The notes under the pieces are model-generated. The model made no database searches. It had not been told where the DNA came from and saw only the letters and a list, made by a program, of their open reading frames with translations. From IMG/VR virus record IMGVR_UViG_3300025732_000016: DNA of 64,000 bases; one strand, written 5' to 3'. Both the position numbers and the translations under genes were made by a program. The DNA is from a virus (Duplodnaviria > Caudoviricetes). Shown piece by piece: positions 45,119-52,115 of the stretch (position 1 is its first letter; each line of letters starts with the position of its first letter).

Positions 45119-45194
45119 TGGTGCCCCGAGCGGGATTCGAACCCGCCCTACAGGAATTTTAAGTTCCCTGACTCTGCCGCTGGTCTATCGGGGC
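45119..45194 (-). tRNA. tRNA-Leu(TAA), short variable loop
   Basis: GGGAA-CTTAAAA-TTCCT; 5-nt variable loop; A73; CCA end. Confidence 0.85.
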
Positions 45195-45198
45195 AAAG

Positions 45199-45282
45199 TG
45201 GTGCGCGAAGAGGGACTTGAACCCTCACACCTTCCGGCACGGGCTCCTAAGACCCGCGTGTCTGCCATTCCACCATTCGCGC
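45199..45282 (-). tRNA. tRNA-Leu(TAG)
   Basis: CGGGT-CTTAGGA-GCCCG; long variable arm; CCA end. Confidence 0.94.
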
Positions 45283-45287
45283 ATTTG

Positions 45288-45361
45288 TGGTCGGGGTGGC
45301 CAGAATCGAACTGGCGATAAATGCTCCCAAAGCACTCGTGTTACCTCTACACTACACCCCG
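45288..45361 (-). tRNA. tRNA-Pro(TGG)
   Basis: C1 start CGGGGTG; loop TTTGGGA; CCA end. Confidence 0.92.
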
Positions 45362-45963
45362 AAAATCTGTCTTAGTCTCTCTTCGATGTTCTCTTTAGAC
45401 CTGATCCGAACAACATTGTATCCAAGAGAGACCAGCTTTTCATCTCTGGTTTTGTCTTTTTCGTTCCCTTCTGGGTGCCAGTGCTCACCGTCTATTTCGA
45501 TCACTAGCTGATCGATGACAAAATCAGCGTAAAAGTTGTCGATTCTGACTTGAGTCAGAAACTGGACGTCGTTCTTTGTGAGCCAATCAAAAGCTATTCT
45601 TTCCGGGAAAGACATCCTTTGTCTGTTGTTGGAAACGATTCTGTTCGGATGCTTGTCGGGTGATTCCTTGAATAGTAATTTCTTCTCATCAGAGACTCTC
45701 TTTCTTCTTGAATCGTCCCACCAGTCTTTAGTGAATGGAGAAGAGACGCTTCCGTCTTTCAACTTTTGCTTCATAATGACAGAATTCTTCTCTGCCATTG
45801 AGGCAAGACCGGAGTGATCAGTCTTCTTTACACCGTAGTTCCACGCTTTCTTGCCTTGCATCCCATTCTTATAGTTTCTGTCTGGATTCTTTGGGCAAGT
45901 TCTCTCATGATGAGAGAGAGATCGTTTATTCTTACAGTCTTTTTCGCAAAATGAGCAGTTCAT
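45352..45963 (-). CDS. DUF559/Vsr-like PD-(D/E)XK endonuclease with Zn-finger N-terminus (homing-endonuclease-like)
   Basis: 'CSFC...H...C' N-terminus; 'SFPERI', 'YADFVI', 'IEIDGEHWH', 'RDEKL...GYNVVRI'. The stop codon lies inside tRNA-Pro. Confidence 0.8.
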   Translation of the reverse strand: MNCSFCEKDCKNKRSLSHHERTCPKNPDRNYKNGMQGKKAWNYGVKKTDHSGLASMAEKNSVIMKQKLKDGSVSSPFTKDWWDDSRRKRVSDEKKLLFKESPDKHPNRIVSNNRQRMSFPERIAFDWLTKNDVQFLTQVRIDNFYADFVIDQLVIEIDGEHWHPEGNEKDKTRDEKLVSLGYNVVRIRSKENIEERLRQIFGV

Positions 45964-45997
45964 GTCTTAAGTATGAGGCAGACGCTCTACTAAGATG

Positions 45998-46072
45998 TGG
46001 TTGTCGAGATCGGGATTGAACCGATGACCCTCGCCTTGTAAGGGCGGTGCTCTTCCGCTGAGCTACTCGACA
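45998..46072 (-). tRNA. tRNA-Val(TAC)
   Basis: Loop CTTACAA; acceptor TGTCGAG/CTCGACA; CCA end. Confidence 0.9.
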
Positions 46073-46077
46073 CTGTT

Positions 46078-46154
46078 TGGTAGGTCCGGGCCGACTTGAA
46101 CGGCCGACCTCTGCCTTATCAGGGCAGCACTCTAACCAGCTGAGCTACGAACCT
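46078..46154 (-). tRNA. tRNA-Ile(GAT)
   Basis: CTGCC-CTGATAA-GGCAG; CCA end. Confidence 0.94.
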
Positions 46155-46158
46155 TCAG

Positions 46159-46234
46159 TGGTGGAGGCGAGGGGGTTCGAACCCCTGACCCCCGGCTTGC
46201 AAAGCCGGTGCTCTCCCAACTGAGCTACGCCCCC
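46159..46234 (-). tRNA. tRNA-Ala(TGC)
   Basis: G3:U70; CCGGC-TTTGCAA-GCCGG; CCA end. Confidence 0.96.
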
Positions 46235-46246
46235 AAAGGATAGTCT

Positions 46247-46275
46247 ACTGTATCTGACATCAGGACTTTGTTCAC
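46247..46275 (-). promoter_or_regulatory. Sigma70-like promoter for the Ala-Ile-Val tRNAs
   Basis: GTGAAC-N17-TACAGT. Confidence 0.45.
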
Positions 46276-46293
46276 CAAATGGGTGAAACGGGA

Positions 46294-46701
46294 CTACTTC
46301 CCTGCCGGCTTCACTCTCAGGATCTGGTCCTCGGTCCTATAGCCGACGGGTCCTGAAGGGAAGAAGCGACGCTGCATTGCGTCCCAATCGAAAGTCCTTT
46401 CGTTACCACTGTCACCCTTGAATTTCAGGTAGCTCTGGTAAGCCTCGCCGCTGAGACCCTCGCGGCCTGCTCCGAAGAACTTCGTCATGAGACCGAGACC
46501 AGACTTCTCGTCCTCACCGGCCTTTGAGACGAGCCAGTCAATGAAGGTCCAGGTTCCTTCCATCCCATTGATCTCATACTTTGCGCCCTTCTTCAGGACT
46601 TTTGCAAAATTCTTCGCATCAAGCTCGACAAATCCCTCCGCCGCCTCACGAAGCAGCTCTTCACGGATGACCTGACGTAGACGTGACTCGGTGATTCTCA
46701 T
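46294..46701 (-). CDS. Hypothetical protein with MRITES leader
   Basis: 'MRITESRLRQVIREELLREAA'. Confidence 0.7.
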   Translation of the reverse strand: MRITESRLRQVIREELLREAAEGFVELDAKNFAKVLKKGAKYEINGMEGTWTFIDWLVSKAGEDEKSGLGLMTKFFGAGREGLSGEAYQSYLKFKGDSGNERTFDWDAMQRRFFPSGPVGYRTEDQILRVKPAGK

Positions 46702-46754
46702 TGCGGTAACCCCATTCTGCTCACTATCTATTCGATGAGCAGCAGACTTTATGA

Positions 46755-46955
46755 CTATCCTGTCACGTCCTCGACCTCTCCGTCAAAGGAGAGGCAGAGC
46801 TCAGGTTCACGAGGGTGCTCCGTTGACCAGTCCATCGAGCACTCCCTGGAGAAGTGCTCCACCAGCGTGGGATGATTGCGCTCGCACCACTGGCGGAGCG
46901 CCTCGTGAACCTCGTCCCTGCTGAAGTAGAGGTTCACCATCTTCATCTGCCTCAT
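46755..46955 (-). CDS. Small hypothetical protein
   Basis: ATGA-coupled to the upstream small ORF. Confidence 0.55.
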   Translation of the reverse strand: MRQMKMVNLYFSRDEVHEALRQWCERNHPTLVEHFSRECSMDWSTEHPREPELCLSFDGEVEDVTG

Positions 46956-47053
46956 CCGCCCGCCGCCATCACGAGGACTGGCATCGAGAAGAGGACGATG
47001 ATACCGATGACGACTGCCACAAACTCAATCTTGCTCTTTGTCTCGAAACTCAT
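46952..47053 (-). CDS. 33-aa single-TM protein (not in the ORF track)
   Basis: MSFETKSKIEFVAVVIGIIVLFSMPVLVMAAGG. ATGA overlaps on both sides. Confidence 0.6.
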   Translation of the reverse strand: MSFETKSKIEFVAVVIGIIVLFSMPVLVMAAGG

Positions 47054-47412
47054 GCTTGCTCCTTGATCCGAAGTGTTTTGATGGGCTGACCGTAGTTGGT
47101 CTTCTCGCTATCCGTAATCTCGAGAAGACCCGCCTTGAGGAGCTTCCGAATCTGGCGGTGGACGTTGGTGAAGCCGTCTCCCTCCGCAAGGTAGATTCCT
47201 GACCTGAACCAGGGCCCCGTCGACCAGATGCTGATGCTACCGAATCCGATAGCCTCCTCGAAGCTCATCATGCGCATCGTTCCTGGACAGATGTACCCCC
47301 TGGAACGGGATGCAACGAGGAACTTGGAGTCCTTGAGCTTGTTGAGCAGCTCCTGTAGTTCTTCCATTAGAACGCTCCGGTGAGGAAGGACCACGCGAAA
47401 CTGAGGATCCAC
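47050..47412 (-). CDS. Hypothetical protein
   Basis: Coupled ORF with GTG start. Confidence 0.5.
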   Translation of the reverse strand: MDPQFRVVLPHRSVLMEELQELLNKLKDSKFLVASRSRGYICPGTMRMMSFEEAIGFGSISIWSTGPWFRSGIYLAEGDGFTNVHRQIRKLLKAGLLEITDSEKTNYGQPIKTLRIKEQA

Positions 47413-47555
47413 GCCGAGAACCAGATGACGACAGACGAAAGAAACACTGCGAGGCTGAATCCGAGAACTCCGTAGGCAAGACCGAGAGTCTTGCTGAATG
47501 GGTCATCAGTGAACTCGCTCCAGTGCTTCATTGCGATTGCCTTGACACTTTCCAT
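47367..47555 (-). CDS. Small membrane protein
   Basis: Long hydrophobic C-terminus; AAGGAG SD before the ATG at 47555. Confidence 0.55.
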   Translation of the reverse strand: MESVKAIAMKHWSEFTDDPFSKTLGLAYGVLGFSLAVFLSSVVIWFSAWILSFAWSFLTGAF

Positions 47556-47575
47556 GTTTTCTCCTTTATTCGACA

Positions 47576-48454
47576 TTAGACTTCAGGACAGGGTTGTTCA
47601 ATCTGATTAAGGGCCCAGTCAACCTGAATGGTTTGTCCGTTTGCCCTCATCTGGTAGGTGTCACCCCCAATCTCAATGTTCTCCGTCCACTTTCCGAGGA
47701 ACATGATGAGGTCGGACTTTTCGATGTGACCGCCGCTGGCAAGCCTCTTCACGGCATTCTGGACGCCGTGGAGGTGACGTTCGGTGAACTCTGGGAAGTT
47801 GTCACCCGCAGCCTTCGCAAGCCACTCCACGAGGAGGGGATACGAGGACTCCTCGATGCCGTCGTAGCCTCGATACTTCATATACTTCAGGATTCGAGAT
47901 CCGAGGAACGGAGAGTGGATCTGGTTGATGCGAAGCTTTCGACTGGCCTCCAACTCGCGCCAGTCCTTCGGATGGATGAGGACATCACCCACCAGGGCAA
48001 CCTGACAGTTGACCATGTCGAAGCGGGAGATGCATTCCTCTGGGGTCTTGCTGATAAGGTCAGGCCTGTCGATGAGCTGGACTTTGAAGTTGATGTCCCG
48101 CTTCTCAGGGATGGCCGCGGAATTAATCGAGACCCAGTCCATGGTCTCCTGTGCAAAACCCGCCATGGAACGACGATCCTTGAAGGAGCTCGTCGTCTTC
48201 TTGGCGCCCTCCTCCGAGGTGAAGAAGACGTCGACATCGCCTGCGTGTGTATAGACACCTTTCCCGTCGTCCTGGCTGACGTACTCGTGCAGAGAGTCGC
48301 CCCGGAGGAGAGCGCGAGCAAACCCGCCGGCGATGAAACCGCCGTTGTGAAACGAATTTCGCAAGCGAGCCGAACCGTGGAGAATCGCTCTCATGATCTC
48401 CATGTTCTCGCCCTTGACGACATCGAGGACGTGGGTCTCTACGAACTGGGACAA
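47576..48454 (-). CDS. Nucleotidyltransferase, poly(A) polymerase/CCA-adding head-domain-like
   Basis: 'FIAGGFARALL...GDVDVFF', 'KVQLI', 'I.RFD...CQVAL'. Lies next to tRNA genes. Confidence 0.65.
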   Translation of the reverse strand: MSQFVETHVLDVVKGENMEIMRAILHGSARLRNSFHNGGFIAGGFARALLRGDSLHEYVSQDDGKGVYTHAGDVDVFFTSEEGAKKTTSSFKDRRSMAGFAQETMDWVSINSAAIPEKRDINFKVQLIDRPDLISKTPEECISRFDMVNCQVALVGDVLIHPKDWRELEASRKLRINQIHSPFLGSRILKYMKYRGYDGIEESSYPLLVEWLAKAAGDNFPEFTERHLHGVQNAVKRLASGGHIEKSDLIMFLGKWTENIEIGGDTYQMRANGQTIQVDWALNQIEQPCPEV

Positions 48455-48479
48455 TGTGCACCCGTGGTTTGGACGTAGA

Positions 48480-48555
48480 TGGTGGACCGGGTGGGGAACG
48501 ATCCCACGACCTGCGGATTAAGAGTCCGACGCTCTACCGACTGAGCTACCGGTCC
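48480..48555 (-). tRNA. tRNA-Lys(CTT), atypical T-loop ATCGTTC
   Basis: Anticodon loop CTCTTAA; acceptor GGACCGG/CCGGTCC; CCA end. Confidence 0.9.
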
Positions 48556-48559
48556 AGTG

Positions 48560-48647
48560 TGGTGGGGAAGGAGAGAATTGAACTCCCGACGTCCTTAGGA
48601 ACCGGATTTACAGTCCGGTGCTAGCTACCAGCACTAGCAACTTCCCC
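48560..48647 (-). tRNA. tRNA-Tyr(GTA)
   Basis: CCGGA-CTGTAAA-TCCGG; long variable arm; CCA end. Confidence 0.93.
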
Positions 48648-48651
48648 AAAG

Positions 48652-48728
48652 TGGCCTCCCCTGCAGGACTCGAACCTGCTACCTCCGACTTAGAAGGACG
48701 GCGCTCTATCCAGATGAGCTAAGGGGAG
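48652..48728 (-). tRNA. tRNA-Arg(TCT)
   Basis: Loop CTTCTAA; acceptor CTCCCCT/AGGGGAG; CCA end. Confidence 0.9.
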
Positions 48729-48782
48729 AAGTTTTATCCGTCTTTCCGGACCGCCAGACTGGTTATCTCACAATCATTGAAG

Positions 48783-48858
48783 TGGTAGGCGGGGTGGGGT
48801 TTGAACCCACGACCGGTCGGATATAAGCCGACTGCTCTGACCGCTGAGCTACCCGCCT
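48783..48858 (-). tRNA. tRNA-Ile(TAT)
   Basis: GTCGG-CTTATAT-CCGAC; acceptor AGGCGGG/CCCGCCT; CCA end. Confidence 0.9.
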
Positions 48859-48920
48859 GTAAGGGGCAGAGATCTTGTTGAGCAGATTTATTGGCATCCA
48901 CGACCGGACCAGCATGGTAG

Positions 48921-48949
48921 AATATAAATCAGGGAACCAGATTGTTCAA
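48921..48949 (-). promoter_or_regulatory. Sigma70-like promoter for the Ile-Arg-Tyr-Lys tRNAs
   Basis: TTGAAC-N17-TATATT. Confidence 0.55.
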
Positions 48950-49257
48950 AGGCTCCGCAACTTTTCGATCAGGACCTTCACGCTCGACTCGGTGGCCCCG
49001 ACAAGCGTGTCAATCCGCTCACCGTTGTGAAACCCGATGACGGTTGGAACGGCCTGCACCTTCATCTTCTGGGAGAACTGCTCACCGCCCTCGATGTCGA
49101 CGTATGCAAAGACGATATCAGGAGTCTCAAAAGAGATCTTCTCGACCTTGGGCTTCAGGAGCTTGCAGGGCATGCACCACGTGGCCCCGAACTGGACGAT
49201 CACGTGAGTGTTGCCGTCGATGAGTTCCTGGATGTTGTCGTCGTTCCGGTTGATCAT
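48946..49257 (-). CDS. Thioredoxin
   Basis: 'QFGATWCMPCK', 'YVDI', 'VQAVPT'. Confidence 0.92.
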   Translation of the reverse strand: MINRNDDNIQELIDGNTHVIVQFGATWCMPCKLLKPKVEKISFETPDIVFAYVDIEGGEQFSQKMKVQAVPTVIGFHNGERIDTLVGATESSVKVLIEKLRSL

Positions 49258-49529
49258 CTCTTCTCCCTGTATGGGGTCACAGAAGCTATGAATTTGGTTG
49301 GATCCACTCGCATGTAGCTCTTGGTCGAGTGGGGATTGCCCTCTTCAGTGCGGACAATCGTAATCTCGTTTGTGAGAAGGTGGTGTTCTACGACCTCAGC
49401 GACGTACCTCTTCATGTAGGTGCCGTATCCCCACTTCGTTCCGATCGCAGGGAACCTTGATGATCGCTGGCGCATGAACCACGCGATGTGAACGGTAGCG
49501 GCGATGAGGAGGGATAGCCCGAACAGCAT
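49254..49529 (-). CDS. Hypothetical protein with N-terminal hydrophobic segment
   Basis: Coupled to thioredoxin; ATACTTA upstream. Confidence 0.55.
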   Translation of the reverse strand: MLFGLSLLIAATVHIAWFMRQRSSRFPAIGTKWGYGTYMKRYVAEVVEHHLLTNEITIVRTEEGNPHSTKSYMRVDPTKFIASVTPYREKR

Positions 49530-49546
49530 TGCTATGGGACTAAGTA

Positions 49547-49623
49547 TGGCTCCCGATCCCTGATTTGAACAGGGGACCCACGGATTAACAGTCCGTTGCT
49601 CTAACCAACTGAGCTAATCGGGA
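49547..49623 (-). tRNA. tRNA-Asn(GTT)
   Basis: ACGGA-CTGTTAA-TCCGT; CCA end. Confidence 0.95.
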
Positions 49624-49629
49624 ATGAAG

Positions 49630-49703
49630 TGGAGCGGGCACCGGGATTCGAACCCGGTTATCCAGCTTGGAAGGCTGGTGCACAACCCATATGCCATGCC
49701 CGC
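49630..49703 (-). tRNA. tRNA-Gly(TCC)
   Basis: CCAGC-CTTCCAA-GCTGG; CCA end. Confidence 0.93.
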
Positions 49704-49712
49704 GATTTGAAA

Positions 49713-49807
49713 GAACATGGAGACCCGGAGCTTGTACAGCGTCGGCCAACCCGGTTCGGCTGTGCTCCCCACTCACATGGGATACTGTACACCCGCCGTC
49801 CATGTTC
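49713..49807 (-). ncRNA. Candidate structured ncRNA between tRNA-Arg and tRNA-Gly
   Basis: GAACATGGA/TCCATGTTC encloses TGTACAG/CTGTACA and a CCCAT-GTGA-GTGGG GNRA hairpin. Possible GGAGC/GCTCC pseudoknot. Confidence 0.5.
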
Positions 49808-49811
49808 AAAG

Positions 49812-49888
49812 TGGCGTCCACGACAGGATTCGAACCTGTGACCTATCGCTTAGGAAGCGATTGCTCTATCCAGCTGAGCTACGAGGAC
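49812..49888 (-). tRNA. tRNA-Arg(CCT)
   Basis: ATCGC-TTCCTAA-GCGAT; one acceptor mismatch; CCA end. Confidence 0.92.
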
Positions 49889-49926
49889 TTGTTCCGTTGA
49901 TTGGTTTGGTTCCAACCAACATGCGT

Positions 49927-49955
49927 AATATAATTTACCTGTGAAAACTGGACAA
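49927..49955 (-). promoter_or_regulatory. Sigma70-like promoter for the Arg-ncRNA-Gly-Asn run
   Basis: TTGTCC-N17-TATATT. Confidence 0.55.
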
Positions 49956-49963
49956 CTTTTCCT

Positions 49964-50230
49964 TCACTTATTTTCTCTCGGGATCAAGTGATCCTCGGTG
50001 AACCAGAGATTGCGCCCACCCACGTAGACGAGCCACATGGTGAAGCGACCGCCCGTGTCCTTCTCTGGACCGTCAATCACGAGGCCCACCTCGCCGGGCT
50101 GTGGGAAGTACCCCCGACCCGGCATGATCCTGTCGGTGAGGTCCCTCGAGACGAGGCCCTCTGCGAATACGAGGTCCACTGAGGTTTCGATGGGGCAGAA
50201 AGAGACGAGGGCTCCAGTCTTGATGCTCAC
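49964..50230 (-). CDS. Hypothetical protein, SH3-like
   Basis: 'IKTGALV...GEVGLVI...WLVYV'. GTGA-coupled start. Confidence 0.55.
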   Translation of the reverse strand: MSIKTGALVSFCPIETSVDLVFAEGLVSRDLTDRIMPGRGYFPQPGEVGLVIDGPEKDTGGRFTMWLVYVGGRNLWFTEDHLIPRENK

Positions 50231-50646
50231 TTTCTTTTCTCGTCGCAAGGGATGCACAGGGTCTTCACCCAGCCCCCTCGAATGGGCTTACCGGGACTGC
50301 CGCACTGTTCACAAGTCCTCACGGACATCGCCTCGGCCATCTGGATGATTCCCCTCACGTAGTCGTCAGAGTTGTCCACGTAGAAGCGGAGTCCCCCGAA
50401 CTTCTCCTTCACCTGCGCAGCCTTCGTCTGGAACTGCTCCTCGAACTCGGTGGGAGTTAGGTGGCGCTTTGCCCTGTGGTGGTTGAGGTGGTTCTGCACG
50501 CTTGAGCACAGGCAGTCGATGATGTTGTACCAGCCATCGCCCACCGAGATCCCGTAGCTGACGACCTCGTTCTCACCGTACGCGTTCGTTCGGGTGAAGA
50601 TTTCAGGGTACTTCTCAATGAGCTTGTTCTCGAGTTCTGGTGACAC
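50227..50646 (-). CDS. Conserved phage hypothetical protein
   Basis: 'GDGWYNII', 'QVKEKFGGLRFY', 'S.RTCE.CG', 'TLC..C'. Confidence 0.75.
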   Translation of the reverse strand: MSPELENKLIEKYPEIFTRTNAYGENEVVSYGISVGDGWYNIIDCLCSSVQNHLNHHRAKRHLTPTEFEEQFQTKAAQVKEKFGGLRFYVDNSDDYVRGIIQMAEAMSVRTCEQCGSPGKPIRGGWVKTLCIPCDEKRK

Positions 50647-50981
50647 TAGCTCTCCTTCGGTTTAGAGATCTCTTCAACGTACCCGGGGTAGAACCCAGTG
50701 CCCTCTTTCAGGTGTCGAACGAGATTTTGCGGGCCATAACCCTCGTCATCGCAGTGGGACCCCCAGTGCTCGACGATCTCCTCGTGGGCTGCGAGCATCA
50801 CGGTCCGGAGACGAAGGTTCTCCTGCGCAAGTCGAGTGACCTCGTTCTGTAGCGCAATCACCTTGCTGGGCTCACTCACCCACTGCGCAAACTGCCTGAT
50901 GACGCCCTTCTCGGATTGGAGGAGCTTCTTGATGTCCTCCTCGTCAATGTGGTGCAGCCACTTGGGAAGCGCTTCACTCAT
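50646..50981 (-). CDS. Hypothetical protein (coiled coil)
   Basis: Coupled ORF. Confidence 0.55.
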   Translation of the reverse strand: MSEALPKWLHHIDEEDIKKLLQSEKGVIRQFAQWVSEPSKVIALQNEVTRLAQENLRLRTVMLAAHEEIVEHWGSHCDDEGYGPQNLVRHLKEGTGFYPGYVEEISKPKES

Positions 50982-51309
50982 CTCTCTTCTCCTTCTTCAA
51001 CTTGAGACTCTCTAACCATCCATTGAAAGCTTCGGGATCCCAGTTGTCCTTCTTGTGGTCGAACGAAGGGTCTTGGCCCCACTGCGAGCTCGTCCATCCC
51101 TCGACAATCTTTCGCCAGAGCGTGACATCAATTCGAAGGAGCAGGCTCGGAAGCTTGCCTTCTCCCCGCCGCCAGTCTACTCTGTCAGTATCGAGAGACG
51201 CGCCCCATCCCTCACCGTCGAGCTGGAGGTAGACGTTGTCACTCTCAAAGCACTCCTGGTAGAGGTGAAAGTCTTTCTGGTCGTAGGCGATGGTGCAACG
51301 GGTGCTCAT
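50974..51309 (-). CDS. Hypothetical protein
   Basis: Coupled ORF, GGAG SD. Confidence 0.55.
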   Translation of the reverse strand: MSTRCTIAYDQKDFHLYQECFESDNVYLQLDGEGWGASLDTDRVDWRRGEGKLPSLLLRIDVTLWRKIVEGWTSSQWGQDPSFDHKKDNWDPEAFNGWLESLKLKKEKRDE

Positions 51310-51380
51310 TAGCGCTCCAATAATTGATTGTTTCCAATCACTCGACAGTGTTCAACGTCTCGAAAAGGATACATTAAGGC

Positions 51381-52115
51381 ATGCGCATTGGAATCTTCGG
51401 CGGCGGATTCAAGCCGTTCACTTCAGGTCACTTCTCGAAGCTTGCTCTCGCGTCTGCAGAGAACGATGAGGTCCTCCTCTTCTACGGCATCGCCGAGAGG
51501 AAGAAGGGCTCAGACTACCTCTACACGAAGGAGATGGCAGAACAGGTCTTCGAGATCGCGAAGAGTGCAATCGAAAGAGAGATGCCCAACGTCAATGTCA
51601 TCAAGGCGAAACCGACTCCCATCGTCATGGCTTTCGAGGCGATACAGACGTTTGCGGGAGTTCTCGACGCTCCCAGGTTCTTTCGCTACTCCGACTACGG
51701 AATCGACGTGAACAGCATCGACGAGGTGACTCTCTACGGCGACCAGGAGACGGTGGGAGAGTATCTGGCTTATGCCGATGACCCTGTGAAGGGACCGAGG
51801 TACTACGGCACGACTCTACAGGACGGGACCCTCCATTTCGACACGGGTATGGCGGATGGCGATGATGCGAGAATCATCAACGCAGTCCAGTCCTTCCACC
51901 CGGGTTGCAGTCGAGAAGAGGTGAGGGCAAGAAACCTTGTCCGAGGCTCAGAGGTTCGGGCTTCCATCGCATCCCGCAACCCAGAGGCGATCACTCGCTT
52001 CCTCCCACCCATCTACAGCCCTGAGGAGAAGGCGGCGGTGATAGACATCCTCTACAGGGGACTCTGCGAGTCCACCCTTCGCAAGACAATCAGAACCATG
52101 ATACTGGTGGGATGA
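51381..52115 (+). CDS. HUP-fold (cytidylyltransferase/NMNAT-like) nucleotidyltransferase
   Basis: 'GIFGGGFKPFTSGH' (HIGH-like), and C-terminal 'RGSEVRA.I......RFLP' (SxT.IR-like). Confidence 0.75.
   Translation: MRIGIFGGGFKPFTSGHFSKLALASAENDEVLLFYGIAERKKGSDYLYTKEMAEQVFEIAKSAIEREMPNVNVIKAKPTPIVMAFEAIQTFAGVLDAPRFFRYSDYGIDVNSIDEVTLYGDQETVGEYLAYADDPVKGPRYYGTTLQDGTLHFDTGMADGDDARIINAVQSFHPGCSREEVRARNLVRGSEVRASIASRNPEAITRFLPPIYSPEEKAAVIDILYRGLCESTLRKTIRTMILVG

Noticed and set aside
49713-49807. tRNA-associated HDV-like (theta) ribozyme or a degenerate tRNA
   Set aside because: The helices are nested rather than a double pseudoknot, and there is no cloverleaf or T-loop.
41747-49888. tRNA introns or integrase attachment sites
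   Set aside because: All anticodon loops are 7 nt, and no duplicated tRNA 3' end or integrase was seen.
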